From Candidatus Woesearchaeota archaeon (GTDB lineage Archaea > Nanobdellota > Nanobdellia > Woesearchaeales > ARS49), in the NCBI GenBank assembly GCA_037445145.1, contig JBBILB010000001.1, forward strand, positions 36,637 through 100,636: 64,000 bases of DNA. Reading direction: 5' to 3'. Every line of letters begins with the position of its first letter. Within the stretch, counting starts at the first letter, position 1. Shown here piece by piece: positions 40,884 through 50,728 of the stretch. Below the pieces are notes generated by a model. It had not been told where the DNA came from and made no database searches. It saw nothing but the letters and a program-made list of their open reading frames with translations. Both the position numbers and the translations under genes were made by a program.

Positions 40884-43511
40884 TTAGACAATCACAATTG
40901 CCGGCTTTCCTGGCAGCGCATTCTTTGCCTTTGGTTCCTGAGAGTCCTGTTCCTTGACTATTTCCACTGAGCACATATATTCCTTTGCGAGATGTTCTTT
41001 CATTTCTGTGAATGCTGCAAATTCCTTTTTCTGCCCAAGTATGTGTTCCGGGATTCTTCCTGGCTCCTGGACGAGCTTTGGAACCATCTTGCTGATGATA
41101 TCGCCGTGCTTTCTCAAAGGACCGTTCATGAGCGCCTTGATTATTTCGCCAGGATTCTTTGTTTTCTCCAGCTGTGCCTTTACTTCCTTGTAAAAGTCGC
41201 TCTTCCACTGGTCTGCAATGTAGAGCTTTATTGCCATTGGCTTCAGTATCTTTGTTATTTTCAGGACGTCTTTTATGTCGCTGAGCAGGCTATTGTAAAT
41301 CTTCTGCTGGTATTCAAGCTCTGGGTTTATCTTCTTGGTGTCAAACTTTGGCCATTTTTGAGTGCATGCAAACGGTTTTTTGCCAAGCATTTCCCACAAT
41401 TCTTCTGCAACATGCGGGATAAATGGTGCAAGCATAAGTGTCAACAATTCAAGTGATTTCTGGTGCAGGGCTTGTCTTTTTTCTAGGAATTCAACGCAGT
41501 CCATTATTGCAATTATTGCCTTGTTGAGCTCAAATGTTGACATGTACGCTGTTACTGCCTTGAGCGTGCTGTGGACTTTGCTTTCTGCAACCTTGTCTGG
41601 CTTGGCTGTTTTCTCTTTTTTGTACAAGGCTTCAAGCCTTTGGATGAACCTGAAGCTTCCCTGGACTCCTTCCTCGCTCCATTCTATGTCCTTGCCAGGC
41701 GAAGCAACAAACAGCATGAACAGTCTTGCAGTGTCAATTCCGTATTTTTGCTCAATTTCCTCCTGCGAGACCACGTTTCCGTGGCTCTTGCTCATTTTTG
41801 CGCCGCCCTTGAGCACCATTCCCTGGTTGAACAGCGCCTTGAACGGCTCTCCAAACTTGAGCATTCCCAAATCCCTGAGTACTTTTGTGAAGAATCTTGC
41901 ATAAAGCAGGTGCATTACTGCGTGCTCTGCTCCCCCAATGTACTGGTCAACTGGCATCCAGTAAGCAACTTTTTCTGGCTTGAATGGCTGTTTTTTCTCC
42001 TTATTCGAGCAGTATCGTAAAAAGTACCATGAGCTATCAACGAATGTATCCATTGTATCTGTTTCGCGCTTTGCAGGACTCTTGCACTTAGGGCATTTCA
42101 CGTTTACAAAGCTTGGGGTGTTTGCAAGAGGATTCCCCTGTCCTGTAAATTCCACCTTTTCAGGCAGCTTGACAGGCAAATCCTTTTCTGGCACAGGGAC
42201 TGTTCCACATTGCGGACAATAAATTATGGGTATTGGTGTTCCCCAGTAGCGCTGCCTTGAAATGAGCCAGTCCCGCAGCTTGTAGCTTACTGTTGCCCCT
42301 CCTGCTTTTTTCTTTTCAAGCGCGACTGTGATTTCGTGCATTGCCTGCCTTGACGGAAGCCCGCTGAACTCGCCCGAATCAAACAATACACCTTCATCAA
42401 CATAAGGAAGCTCCAGCGGTTTGTCCTTTGGCTTTATGACTGGTATTATCGGTATGTTGTACTTCTTGGCGAATGCATAGTCTCGTGTGTCGTGCGCTGG
42501 CACTGCCATTACCGCGCCTGTGCCGTAATCGGGCAGGACAAAGTTCGCGATGAAAATCGGCACGTCCTTTCCTGTGAATGGATGCACCACGTACCTTCCG
42601 ATGAACATTCCCTCTTTTTCCTTGTCCTCTGCAGCGCGGGAGAATTTTTCCTCCATCACAACCTTGTTAGTGAATTTTTTTACCTCTTCTTCGTACTTTG
42701 TGCCGTGCACCAGCTCGTGCACTATCGGGTGTTCTGGTGCTATGACAACAAATGTCATTCCAAAAAGCGTGTCAGGGCGTGTTGTGAAGACAGGCAGTTT
42801 CTTTTCAGAGTCCTTTATCTGGAATTCAATGAGTGTTCCTTCGCTTCTGCCTATCCAGTTTTTCTGCATTGCCTTGATTCTTTCAGGCCAGTTTAGCTTG
42901 TCAACCTCATTGAGCAATTCATCTGCATATTGTGTAATTTTGAAGAACCACTGCTCCAAATCCCGGATTTCCACTCCGCTTTCGCACCGCCAGCATTTTC
43001 CGTCAATCACCTGCTCGTTTGCAAGGACAGTCCCGCAGGAAGGGCACCAGTTTATTGGCGCGTGCTTTCTGTAAGCAAGTCCTTTTTCAAAGAATTTCAA
43101 AAAGAAATACTGGTTCCACTTGTAGTATTCGGGATAGCATGTCGCAAGTGTCCTGTCCCAGTCATAGCTGAACCCAAGGCGCTTCATGCTTCCTGACAAT
43201 GATGCAATTGCCTTTTCGGTGTATTCCTTTGGGTGGATTTTTTGCTTTATTGCCGCGTTCTCGGCAGGCAAGCCGAAGGCATCAAATCCCATCGGGTAAA
43301 GCACGTTAAAACCGCACATCCTCTTGTATCGCGCAATCGTGTCTCCAATGGCAAAATTCCTTATGTGCCCTACGTGCAAGCCATAAGCAGACGGATACGG
43401 GAACATTTCAAGGTTGTAGAATTTCGGCTTCCTTGACTTGTCGCGGGTTTTGAATACTTTTTTCTCGTTCCACCTTGCCTGCCATTTTGGAACTATTGCC
43501 CTTTGGTCCAT
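40884..43511 (-). CDS. leuS: Leucyl-tRNA synthetase
   Basis: 875 aa with HIGH-class motifs (HVGH), editing domain and KMSKS. Confidence 0.9.
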   Translation of the reverse strand: MDQRAIVPKWQARWNEKKVFKTRDKSRKPKFYNLEMFPYPSAYGLHVGHIRNFAIGDTIARYKRMCGFNVLYPMGFDAFGLPAENAAIKQKIHPKEYTEKAIASLSGSMKRLGFSYDWDRTLATCYPEYYKWNQYFFLKFFEKGLAYRKHAPINWCPSCGTVLANEQVIDGKCWRCESGVEIRDLEQWFFKITQYADELLNEVDKLNWPERIKAMQKNWIGRSEGTLIEFQIKDSEKKLPVFTTRPDTLFGMTFVVIAPEHPIVHELVHGTKYEEEVKKFTNKVVMEEKFSRAAEDKEKEGMFIGRYVVHPFTGKDVPIFIANFVLPDYGTGAVMAVPAHDTRDYAFAKKYNIPIIPVIKPKDKPLELPYVDEGVLFDSGEFSGLPSRQAMHEITVALEKKKAGGATVSYKLRDWLISRQRYWGTPIPIIYCPQCGTVPVPEKDLPVKLPEKVEFTGQGNPLANTPSFVNVKCPKCKSPAKRETDTMDTFVDSSWYFLRYCSNKEKKQPFKPEKVAYWMPVDQYIGGAEHAVMHLLYARFFTKVLRDLGMLKFGEPFKALFNQGMVLKGGAKMSKSHGNVVSQEEIEQKYGIDTARLFMLFVASPGKDIEWSEEGVQGSFRFIQRLEALYKKEKTAKPDKVAESKVHSTLKAVTAYMSTFELNKAIIAIMDCVEFLEKRQALHQKSLELLTLMLAPFIPHVAEELWEMLGKKPFACTQKWPKFDTKKINPELEYQQKIYNSLLSDIKDVLKITKILKPMAIKLYIADQWKSDFYKEVKAQLEKTKNPGEIIKALMNGPLRKHGDIISKMVPKLVQEPGRIPEHILGQKKEFAAFTEMKEHLAKEYMCSVEIVKEQDSQEPKAKNALPGKPAIVIV

Positions 43512-43619
43512 ATCGAAGAATTGTAAGCAAGTCGTTTAAAAACCTTTCTGGCAACAACAGCATTAGGCGACAAATCCAAATTGGGCGCCTACGGCGCAGT
43601 GACCAACCATAAACAGTTC

Positions 43620-43880
43620 CTAAAAGCCCTTTTGCTTTCTAAGCATCTCGACCAAACCAGGTGCAAGCACAGGCTTTCCATCTCTGAGAACATACTTGTA
43701 AGGCAGTGTGACGCTTTCGCATTTGCGTATGTCTATATCAACGTGGTGAGTGAACCTTATCTTGTTCAACGGCATTCCTGACGGTATTTTGCGCGCAACA
43801 AGGGCTGCTGTGTCTGTGCTCATCTGTTCTTTTCCAAGATTTCTTGCTTCAACGCCCTGCATCTTAATGCGTAAATCCAT
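43620..43880 (-). CDS. Hypothetical small protein, possibly a frameshifted remnant with the overlapping ORF 43864..44382
   Basis: Two overlapping minus-strand ORFs in different frames. The upstream one runs into repeat element B, so its N-terminus is not credible. Confidence 0.25.
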   Translation of the reverse strand: MDLRIKMQGVEARNLGKEQMSTDTAALVARKIPSGMPLNKIRFTHHVDIDIRKCESVTLPYKYVLRDGKPVLAPGLVEMLRKQKGF

Positions 43881-44210
43881 TGTCCTTCCGCGTGGCGGAT
43901 AATCCCCAAGTATTCCGCCAAGAATTATGTGGCTGAACTTTTTTTGCTTCTTTTGGCGCCAGTGTTTTGTTTGCTTCTGCATCAATGATTACGGGATTTT
44001 CAAGCTTCATTCCAGCCACGCTTTGCCTGAAAACCTTGCCAAGCTTTTTCAGTTTTTCAGCACCATTTTTTACATTCGTGAACCATAAATGCTCTTTTCC
44101 AACAATTGAGGAGATGTGCTTGTATTCAAGATAGCACCACTTCCACACTTTGGCTCCATGTGCTCTATTATGAATACGGGCTTCATTGCAAAGAGGCAGA
44201 AACTTAATAG

Positions 44211-44330
44211 TATTTATTGCTTCCGAGCGACTGAGTGAGGCTCGAGCTTGCGGAGAGCAGAAACCGCGAGCGGAGCGAATGTTGTCCACAGAAGAGCGTG
44301 GCGAGTCTGCAGCATCGAAGCGAGTGTCCC
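44211..44330. repeat. Intergenic repeat element, copy B
   Basis: Core TTCCGAGCGACTGAGTGAGGCTCGAGCTTGCGGAGAGC is near-identical to 6299..6336. Confidence 0.5.
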
Positions 44331-44395
44331 TTGCCGAAGGCACTGCATTTGGAGAACGATTCAAATTAAAAGAAATTAACAAATAATGAAAATAT

Positions 44396-44593
44396 TTAGC
44401 TCTTCTTGAACTGGCCTGCGGTGTCTATGAGGTCTACGTGACCTAGGAACATCGCCCTGCAGCAGTACCTTTCAAGCCCAATGTCGTCAAGGACCACCTT
44501 CTTGTTCTCTCCCTTATCAATGCGCTCTTTGTACTTTTCCCATAAGTGAGCGATTGGCTTTCCGCAACTCCAGCATCTTATTGGTATTATCAT
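44396..44593 (-). CDS. rpoN: DNA-directed RNA polymerase subunit N (Rpo10)
   Basis: MIIPIRCWSCGK...CCR zinc-binding pattern. 65 aa. Confidence 0.85.
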   Translation of the reverse strand: MIIPIRCWSCGKPIAHLWEKYKERIDKGENKKVVLDDIGLERYCCRAMFLGHVDLIDTAGQFKKS

Positions 44594-44600
44594 TTTGGCA

Positions 44601-44996
44601 TCACCTGTATGATGTTTGCCTCAATGCCCTTGCCTTTCCGTGGCGGTTGGGCTTGTGGGTTTCCTTCCTTCTGACGTCTGCAACGAGCAGCATCCTGTCG
44701 TAGTCAAGGAATTTCTTTTGCAGTGTCTTGTCGTACGCTGCCAGCGCCCTTGCAACAACCAATCTTGCTGCTTCTGCCTGGCTGCTGGTTCCGCCGCCGC
44801 ACACAGAGACATTTATGTTGACATTTTTTGCCTTGTCGCCTGCTATTATCAGCGGCTCCTGTATTTTCAGCCTTGACATTGCCGGCTCGTAGAAGTCAAG
44901 CAGCTGCGAGTTGATCCTGACTATTCCTGCGCCGGGAACAAGTGTTGCCCTTGCGACCGCGCTTTTGCGTGTTCCTGAAACGTGAATTGATTTCAT
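44601..44996 (-). CDS. rps9: 30S ribosomal protein S9
   Basis: GGGTSSQAEAARLVVARAL and C-terminal KARALRQTSYR. Start moved to the internal MKSIHVSG so that it abuts the L13 stop. Confidence 0.85.
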   Translation of the reverse strand: MKSIHVSGTRKSAVARATLVPGAGIVRINSQLLDFYEPAMSRLKIQEPLIIAGDKAKNVNINVSVCGGGTSSQAEAARLVVARALAAYDKTLQKKFLDYDRMLLVADVRRKETHKPNRHGKARALRQTSYR

Positions 44997-45424
44997 TGGA
45001 ATTTTCCTCCGAGCGACCTGCATAGTTCTCCTACTGTTAGGAGCTTCATTGTGCGCTTGTGCTTGCTGTTTGCCCACGCAAGCGTCTGCAGTTTTTTGCC
45101 TTTCATTTCTTCCGGCACTCCGATATAGCACATTATTCTCTTCCAAGCGGCTGCTCCGCGGGCTTTTTTGTGCGGAAGCATTCCCCGTATCTGCCTTCTT
45201 ACAAACCGGTCTGGCTGGCGTGACAGGAAAGGTCCTTTTTGCGGCTGTCCTGTTTCATTTATGAGGTGCCGGTACTGCTCTACGTTGAATGTTTTTCCTC
45301 CTGTTATTATTGCTTTTTCGCAGTTGAATATGTTGACTGAGTGGCCGAGCAGTGCCTGCTTTGCTGCATAGCTGCCCATTCTTCCGACGATGAGGTTTGT
45401 TGCATCAATGTTTATTTCAGCCAT
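44993..45424 (-). CDS. rpl13: 50S ribosomal protein L13
   Basis: 143 aa with the L13 family sequence. Confidence 0.85.
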   Translation of the reverse strand: MAEINIDATNLIVGRMGSYAAKQALLGHSVNIFNCEKAIITGGKTFNVEQYRHLINETGQPQKGPFLSRQPDRFVRRQIRGMLPHKKARGAAAWKRIMCYIGVPEEMKGKKLQTLAWANSKHKRTMKLLTVGELCRSLGGKFQ

Positions 45425-45428
45425 GGCA

Positions 45429-45791
45429 TCACCCTATTATTCGCACGTCCTTTCCTTTTGGGTTTTGCTTTATGAGCTCTGGTATTGTGAGGCATTTTCC
45501 TTTTGCCTGCTCTATGCGTTCCCTTGCTCCATTTGAGAATGCAAAGGCCGCAACGACTATGCCGTGCTCAAGCATTCCTGACCCGAGCACTTTTCCAGGC
45601 ACAATAATTGTTTCGTTTGCCTTTGTGTGCCTGTTGAGCCTTGAGAGGTTGACCACTCTTCGCTTTCGTGTTGGTTTTTCAAGGTCTTCTGCAATCCTTG
45701 ACCAGATTCCAGCCTTCTGAATACTGCTTTCCTTGCGCAATTCCATAATCAGTGCGCGCAGGTGTTCATTTGGTGGTCCTGTTCTTTTCAT
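45429..45791 (-). CDS. rpl18e: 50S ribosomal protein L18e
   Basis: 120 aa with PPNEHLRALI; position in the operon matches. Confidence 0.75.
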   Translation of the reverse strand: MKRTGPPNEHLRALIMELRKESSIQKAGIWSRIAEDLEKPTRKRRVVNLSRLNRHTKANETIIVPGKVLGSGMLEHGIVVAAFAFSNGARERIEQAKGKCLTIPELIKQNPKGKDVRIIG

Positions 45792-45943
45792 GATATTCCT
45801 TTGGTTTGCTACTTAACCAGCGCCCGATAGCGCGGGTCTCCGAGTTTTTGATGGCGGGGAAGGGATCCCACGCGAGCCTTTTCAAAAGGCTCGACCGAAA
45901 GGGTGCGGCTTTCAGCCGCACTTCCTGCCAATGATGACTGTGA

Positions 45944-46029
45944 TGGCGGGGAAGGGATTTGAACCCTCGCACCCACTAAGGGACTACCCCCTCAAGGTAG
46001 CGCATTTGACCAGGCTCTGCCACCCCGCC
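45944..46029 (-). tRNA. tRNA-Leu (anticodon GAG), long variable arm
   Basis: Acceptor GGCGGGG/CCCCGCC, anticodon loop TTGAGGG, T-loop GTTCAAATC. Confidence 0.7.
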
Positions 46030-46056
46030 ACAACTTAGGGTGTAAGCCCGGCAGCG

Positions 46057-46839
46057 TCATTTGCCGAGCTTTTCCTCGAATTCTTGAAGGGATTCGAGGA
46101 GCATATCAGCGGCGGCAGTTGCGATTTCCTTTGGCGGCAGCTGCCCCCACGGTTCTATTCCGAACAGGAAATTGTTCGGGTTGTATTCTATTTTTACTAT
46201 TTCGGGGCAGACCCCTTCGCAGGCGTCCACCAAATTGTTTGTTGTTATGAGCTTCTTGTCTATCTTGCCGTTCTTGTCAAAGATTTGCGGCGGGTATTTT
46301 GACTTGAATTCCGCAAGTTTCGGGCTTTCGTTGTTGACGGTGATTATCGGTTCGTAAACATACCATGCAAGGCACGGGCTCCACTTGACGTGCTGCTTGC
46401 CCTGCCCGAGTGTTGCTGTTGCCTCGAGCTCAAGCTCCTGGCCCTTCAGGAGCTTCACTATTGGCATATCTCCGAATGCGGGCTTTACTTTCGGGTCCTT
46501 GCTTTTTATGTCAGATGCGTAGACAATGCAGGGTCCTTTTGCCTTTAGTGTCATTTTGAGCGTGCACCTGTTGCACCCTTCGCCCTTGCACTTGCACTTT
46601 GACGGCAGGATGTAGCTTTTGAGGTCTGTCTTGATTGGCAAAAGCCCGAGCCTGTGCGCGATTATTTCGTCGTAAAGCACTGAATTGTTCTCCCTGAACT
46701 CCACCGTGTCTATTGCCATTGTGGGCACGCTTTCCATCATTGTTCGCCTCAGCAGGTTTGCAAATGCAGGTGTCGCGGATTTCAGAAGGAATGTCACGCG
46801 CCCTGTTTTCTTGTCCTCATCAAGGAATTCTATGTTCAT
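46057..46839 (-). CDS. rpoD: DNA-directed RNA polymerase subunit D (Rpo3) with 4Fe-4S-type cysteine cluster
   Basis: 260 aa. Cys cluster [11 protein letters not shown] and CEGVCP. Confidence 0.85.
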   Translation of the reverse strand: MNIEFLDEDKKTGRVTFLLKSATPAFANLLRRTMMESVPTMAIDTVEFRENNSVLYDEIIAHRLGLLPIKTDLKSYILPSKCKCKGEGCNRCTLKMTLKAKGPCIVYASDIKSKDPKVKPAFGDMPIVKLLKGQELELEATATLGQGKQHVKWSPCLAWYVYEPIITVNNESPKLAEFKSKYPPQIFDKNGKIDKKLITTNNLVDACEGVCPEIVKIEYNPNNFLFGIEPWGQLPPKEIATAAADMLLESLQEFEEKLGK

Positions 46840-47234
46840 ACCCTTCTCCCCCGCTTTCCGCCCTTTTTCCTGCAGCCGCCATGTGGCATTGGGGTCACAT
46901 CTTCAATCAGCCCGATGCGCAACCCCATGCGGCTGAGGGCACGGATTGCTGCCTGTGCTCCTGGACCGGGATTGTGTGGTCCGTTGTGGCCTCCCGGCGC
47001 CTTGACTTTGACGTGCAGTCCTCCTATTCCCTTATCCATTGCGATTTCGGCAGCCCGCTTTGCAGCCATCATTGCTGCTGTTGGCGAGCCTTCCATCCGG
47101 TCGCTCTTGACCATCATTCCTCCAGACGTGACCGCAAGTGTTTCTGTCCCTGAAATGTCTGTGATGTGTATGATTGTGTCATTGTAGCTTGCGTAAATGT
47201 GCGCTACTCCCCAGCGCAGTGGTGGCGGGCTCAT
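46836..47234 (-). CDS. rps11: 30S ribosomal protein S11
   Basis: 132 aa with the S11 family sequence. Confidence 0.9.
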   Translation of the reverse strand: MSPPPLRWGVAHIYASYNDTIIHITDISGTETLAVTSGGMMVKSDRMEGSPTAAMMAAKRAAEIAMDKGIGGLHVKVKAPGGHNGPHNPGPGAQAAIRALSRMGLRIGLIEDVTPMPHGGCRKKGGKRGRRV

Positions 47235-47827
47235 TTGTTTTCCTCCGTTCTGCGTGGCTGTCCTTGCATTTTGCTGTCTTCTTTTGGCAGCCTTGGCGGC
47301 TCAGGCGCCTTTGATGGCAGTGTGCGCTCTGGGTGTGCTGTGTTTGCAAAGCTTGATGTTGGGACAAATGCTATGCTTGCCTCTTCGCTGACAGGCACGT
47401 TGTAGCTTGGCGAGGAGATTGTGCGGCCGCCAACCATTATGTGCTCGTGGGTTATCAATTGCCGTGACTGCTTGATGCTTTTCGCAAGCCCTTTTCTCAA
47501 AACAATTGTCTGCAATCTTCTTTCAAAAAGGTTCTTGAGCTCAATTCCGAGGACATCATCCAGCTGTGCTCCTTCCTTGAGCAACCCCATTCTTGCAAGT
47601 CTGGCCAGCAATTGTGCTTTTTCTTTTTCTGCCTGGCTTCCCCTTGCCGCGATGAGTTTTTTCGCAAGGTCTGAAACTGTCTTGAGTTTTGAGCGCGCTT
47701 TGTATATTTCTGTCTTGTTCTTTAGGCCGTATTCCTTCATCAAAGCACACTCTTCCTCAATGCGTTCCTTTTGCCAGGGGTGTCCTGGCCTATTGTACTT
47801 GCTCTTGATTTTTCTTGGATCGCCCAT
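47231..47827 (-). CDS. rps4: 30S ribosomal protein S4
   Basis: 198 aa with the S4 domain. Confidence 0.85.
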   Translation of the reverse strand: MGDPRKIKSKYNRPGHPWQKERIEEECALMKEYGLKNKTEIYKARSKLKTVSDLAKKLIAARGSQAEKEKAQLLARLARMGLLKEGAQLDDVLGIELKNLFERRLQTIVLRKGLAKSIKQSRQLITHEHIMVGGRTISSPSYNVPVSEEASIAFVPTSSFANTAHPERTLPSKAPEPPRLPKEDSKMQGQPRRTEENK

Positions 47828-47838
47828 GGTTCACCGGT

Positions 47839-48384
47839 TTATGTTGTTCCGCCTGCTGCTGATTTTGCGCTTGCTGACCTGCGGACGCCCATAACCTTTC
47901 CTTTGTTCTTCCTGAAGTTGCTTCTTGTTCTTTGCCCGCGGACTGGCTGTCCGAGGATGTGCCTTATTCCTTTGTAGGACTTGATTTTCTTCAGTATCTT
48001 GATGTCATTTTCGATTGTGAATTGTAAGTCTCCTGAGAGCAAATGCTTGTTTTGTCCTGTTTCTGCATCAAAGCGCCTGTTTACCATCCACGGCGGAAGC
48101 CCTGCCTTTATTGGATCCTTTACGACTTCTTCCACTTTCTTGACTTCGGCATCAGTGAGCATTCCTGCCTTCTTGTTGACGTCTATTCCCGCAATCCTGC
48201 ATGCTGCATTTGCGAAAGACACTCCAACGCCCTTTATTTTGCTGAGCGCGAAGGCTATGAGTTTGTTTCCGTCAAGGTCTGTGTTTGCTATGCGCACCAG
48301 GTGCTTTATTTCTGGTGCTGGTGATGCTGTTGGTTTTGCCGGCTGCGTAGGTGCTGCCGGCTTGGGTGTTTGTGGTTCTGCCAT
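47839..48384 (-). CDS. rps13: 30S ribosomal protein S13
   Basis: 181 aa with the S13 family sequence. Confidence 0.85.
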   Translation of the reverse strand: MAEPQTPKPAAPTQPAKPTASPAPEIKHLVRIANTDLDGNKLIAFALSKIKGVGVSFANAACRIAGIDVNKKAGMLTDAEVKKVEEVVKDPIKAGLPPWMVNRRFDAETGQNKHLLSGDLQFTIENDIKILKKIKSYKGIRHILGQPVRGQRTRSNFRKNKGKVMGVRRSASAKSAAGGTT

Positions 48385-48600
48385 TTTGAGTGTTATTATC
48401 CCGACAGAATTAAACCAGACGATGCTGGCTCAACCCTCTGTCGCCCAAACGCAACGCTTGGACTCGGGCTAATATTTCGGAAAAGAACGCAGTCCCTTTA
48501 TAAAGCTTGCGGGAAAACAGTTTGTGGTTGGTTTTTATGCTTAAGCGCACAATTATTAGGATAGTTTTTTAAAGAATGCAAATGAGAATTATCTTATCAC

Positions 48601-48672
48601 GGCGACCTTAGTATAGTGGTAGTACGGGGGACTGTGGCTCCCCAAGCCCGGGTCCGATTCCCGGAGGTCGCC
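48601..48672 (+). tRNA. tRNA-His (anticodon GTG) with genomically encoded G-1
   Basis: G-1 pairs with discriminator C; acceptor GCGACCT/AGGTCGC; anticodon loop CTGTGGC. Confidence 0.75.
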
Positions 48673-48732
48673 TCAGCGACTGACGGACCAGCCAATGAGC
48701 GAAAGCGAAATTGGCGCTGCCCGGAGGTCGCC

Positions 48733-49242
48733 TCATAATCTTTTTTCCTTTAAATGCTGGAAGTGCTTGATGACGTACGGAAAGACAAATGCTGCTACGT
48801 ATGTTATGCTTATTCCGAGCGGGTTGTGGGCTTGTGTTGGTAGTTGCAAAAGTATTTCCAGCCTGTTTGAGAAATAGGCAATGATGTAGACGTTTATCAA
48901 AGCCAGTGCTGGTATGAATGCTCCTGCAATGATGTGCTGTCCTTCATTCAGTTTTTCTATGTAGCCGATTATTACGTTGAACAACAGCCCGAACGTGACT
49001 CCGACTGCGCTTATTGTTGCGTAAAGCCCGATGCCTTCAAGCAGTAAAAGAAAAGGCACCAGAACAACGCTTATTATGAAGTTGCCGAGTATTGCAACAA
49101 GCAGTGCTGCCCAGAATACTGATTGTTCAATAAAACGGATTGATGCTGTTTTGGAGGCCTCTGCACGGGCAATGATTTCTGCTGTTTTTTTGGCTTCGGC
49201 TTTTCCCCAGCCTTTTTCCCTCAGCATTGCTTCGGCGTCCAT
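48733..49242 (-). CDS. 4-TM membrane protein, hypothetical
   Basis: Charged N-terminus then four hydrophobic helices. Confidence 0.3.
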   Translation of the reverse strand: MDAEAMLREKGWGKAEAKKTAEIIARAEASKTASIRFIEQSVFWAALLVAILGNFIISVVLVPFLLLLEGIGLYATISAVGVTFGLLFNVIIGYIEKLNEGQHIIAGAFIPALALINVYIIAYFSNRLEILLQLPTQAHNPLGISITYVAAFVFPYVIKHFQHLKEKRL

Positions 49243-49246
49243 AAGC

Positions 49247-49711
49247 TCACTTTGTTTCTACCATCTGCTCTATTATTGACAGGAACTCTTTTGTTTTGTG
49301 GAAGTAATCGCTTATTATGTCTATCGTTATTTCAACGTGGTTTGTGTCAAACGCTGCCTTCATTGTGACGTGCCTGCGGTATTCCTGAGCGCGGTCAAAA
49401 GGCGCCTTGTCAAGCTTTCTTAGAAGAAGGTAGAATTTGATATAGTGCTTTATGTGGGCATCATCCGGGTATGCCTTTTTCAGCGCCTCAACCTTTAGGC
49501 GGGGCAGGGTTGGCACTGCAGGTATCTTGTTTTGCTTTTTTGCAAGGTGCAGTAAAGCATCAATTGCTGCGTCAAGTGTTGCTATCAGGCGCTCGATTAT
49601 GCTTTTCAGGACGTCAACTGTCCGAGTGTATTTGAGGCTTACGTAGATGAGATGGTCTGCCCTTTTCAATTCCTGCCTGGCACGTTCAAGTGCTTCGCGC
49701 GTATTTGTCAT
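49247..49711 (-). CDS. Hypothetical alpha-helical protein
   Basis: 154 aa with no recognised motif. Operonic with the neighbouring genes. Confidence 0.3.
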   Translation of the reverse strand: MTNTREALERARQELKRADHLIYVSLKYTRTVDVLKSIIERLIATLDAAIDALLHLAKKQNKIPAVPTLPRLKVEALKKAYPDDAHIKHYIKFYLLLRKLDKAPFDRAQEYRRHVTMKAAFDTNHVEITIDIISDYFHKTKEFLSIIEQMVETK

Positions 49712-50043
49712 GCCTTGCTTAACTCTAGGATGGTTTCGGCAAGGTCTCCTTTGTGCTTCTTGATCGCATCAAGTGCTGTCTCACGATCGACTTTTGCCTG
49801 CTCCATCACCGTCTTTATGTCTTCCTCACTTATTGCTGGTTCCCGAAGTTTTTCTTCGGGCTGTCCTATGATCTGGAAGGATATTTGTCCCATTGCGTTG
49901 ATTTTGGTGACCTGTGGGTCGCTGAAGACAATGTCCTTGTCAGGAAGCCTCATTATGACTTCATGTACTTCCAGCTCTTCCTGATGTATGCCCAGGCGCT
50001 TCATCGCCTTGGCCAAATCCTTGGGGTTCATTCCTGGAAACAT
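49708..50043 (-). CDS. nac: Nascent polypeptide-associated complex protein (NAC alpha, with UBA-like C-terminus)
   Basis: 111 aa with the NAC domain (VIMRLPDKDIVFSDPQV...) and C-terminal UBA-like helix bundle. Confidence 0.7.
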   Translation of the reverse strand: MFPGMNPKDLAKAMKRLGIHQEELEVHEVIMRLPDKDIVFSDPQVTKINAMGQISFQIIGQPEEKLREPAISEEDIKTVMEQAKVDRETALDAIKKHKGDLAETILELSKA

Positions 50044-50048
50044 ATTCT

Positions 50049-50222
50049 CTAACCGAGCATTGCGCTTCCGTACACGTTCAAAAGAATGACCACGAGCATC
50101 ACGAGAACTGCCAGCACTATCACATATGCCGGCTTGATTTCGATTTTGCTCCTGTAGTCCTCAAAATATCTTGTCAGTCCTGCTGTAGATGCCGGCATTG
50201 ACACGCGGTTTTTGTCAGCCAT
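50049..50222 (-). CDS. Preprotein translocase subunit Sec61-beta / SecG (archaeal)
   Basis: MPASTAGLTRYFEDY motif followed by a single C-terminal TM. Start taken at the internal MADKN. Confidence 0.55.
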   Translation of the reverse strand: MADKNRVSMPASTAGLTRYFEDYRSKIEIKPAYVIVLAVLVMLVVILLNVYGSAMLG

Positions 50223-50276
50223 TTTCCAATTCTCCAACTTTTCCGGTTTGCCGTATTTCCGGTTTAACGACAAAGT

Positions 50277-50675
50277 GCGGGTTGGGCCCGCATAAGCTTC
50301 CTTTTGTCCGCCTCCAACAAACTCGATATCACCGAGTTCCGAGGTTATGCGCCTCGTGGACAGGCGGTTTTGGCATTCTACTGAGCGCGGGAAATTCCCG
50401 CTTGCACCAGCCAGTTCCTCGCCGTTTCACCCATTCCCAAGAGAACGTCAGCCGGTTAGCTCATTCCTGTCACCAGGAACTTCTCAGGCATCATCCTCCT
50501 CGTGGGCGGTCTCGTTTCTGTGCGGTTTGCCATCCATTACTGGATCTCCCTTTCGGGAGTGGCACTTTGCCCATAGGCTCGCAAAAGCCAATGGGCGGTG
50601 GGAAGACTTTCCTCAGCGAATACTCGGCGCCATGCCAAAGCATTCACCGACAGCCAAAAGTCGGTCCCAACCCGT
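50277..50675 (-). ncRNA. rnpB: RNase P RNA
   Basis: Minus strand carries GAGGAAAGUCUUCC (P4 5' strand), GGGUGAAACGG and ACAAAAGGAAGCUUAUGCGGGCC (P4 3' strand). P1 pairing CGGGUUGGG/CCCAACCCG. Confidence 0.7.
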
Positions 50676-50728
50676 TATTAGTAGTGACACCCTTATTTAT
50701 AAATGTATCGCGCTTATATCGAGAATTC

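Noticed and set aside
44186-44386. 66-aa plus-strand ORF
   Set aside because: It lies wholly within repeat element copy B and has a low-complexity translation.
45920-45940. ATGATGA (C-box-like) next to tRNA-Leu, suggesting a C/D box sRNA
   Set aside because: There is no appropriately spaced D box (CTGA) or terminal stem. The sequence sits inside the tRNA 3'-end duplication spacer.
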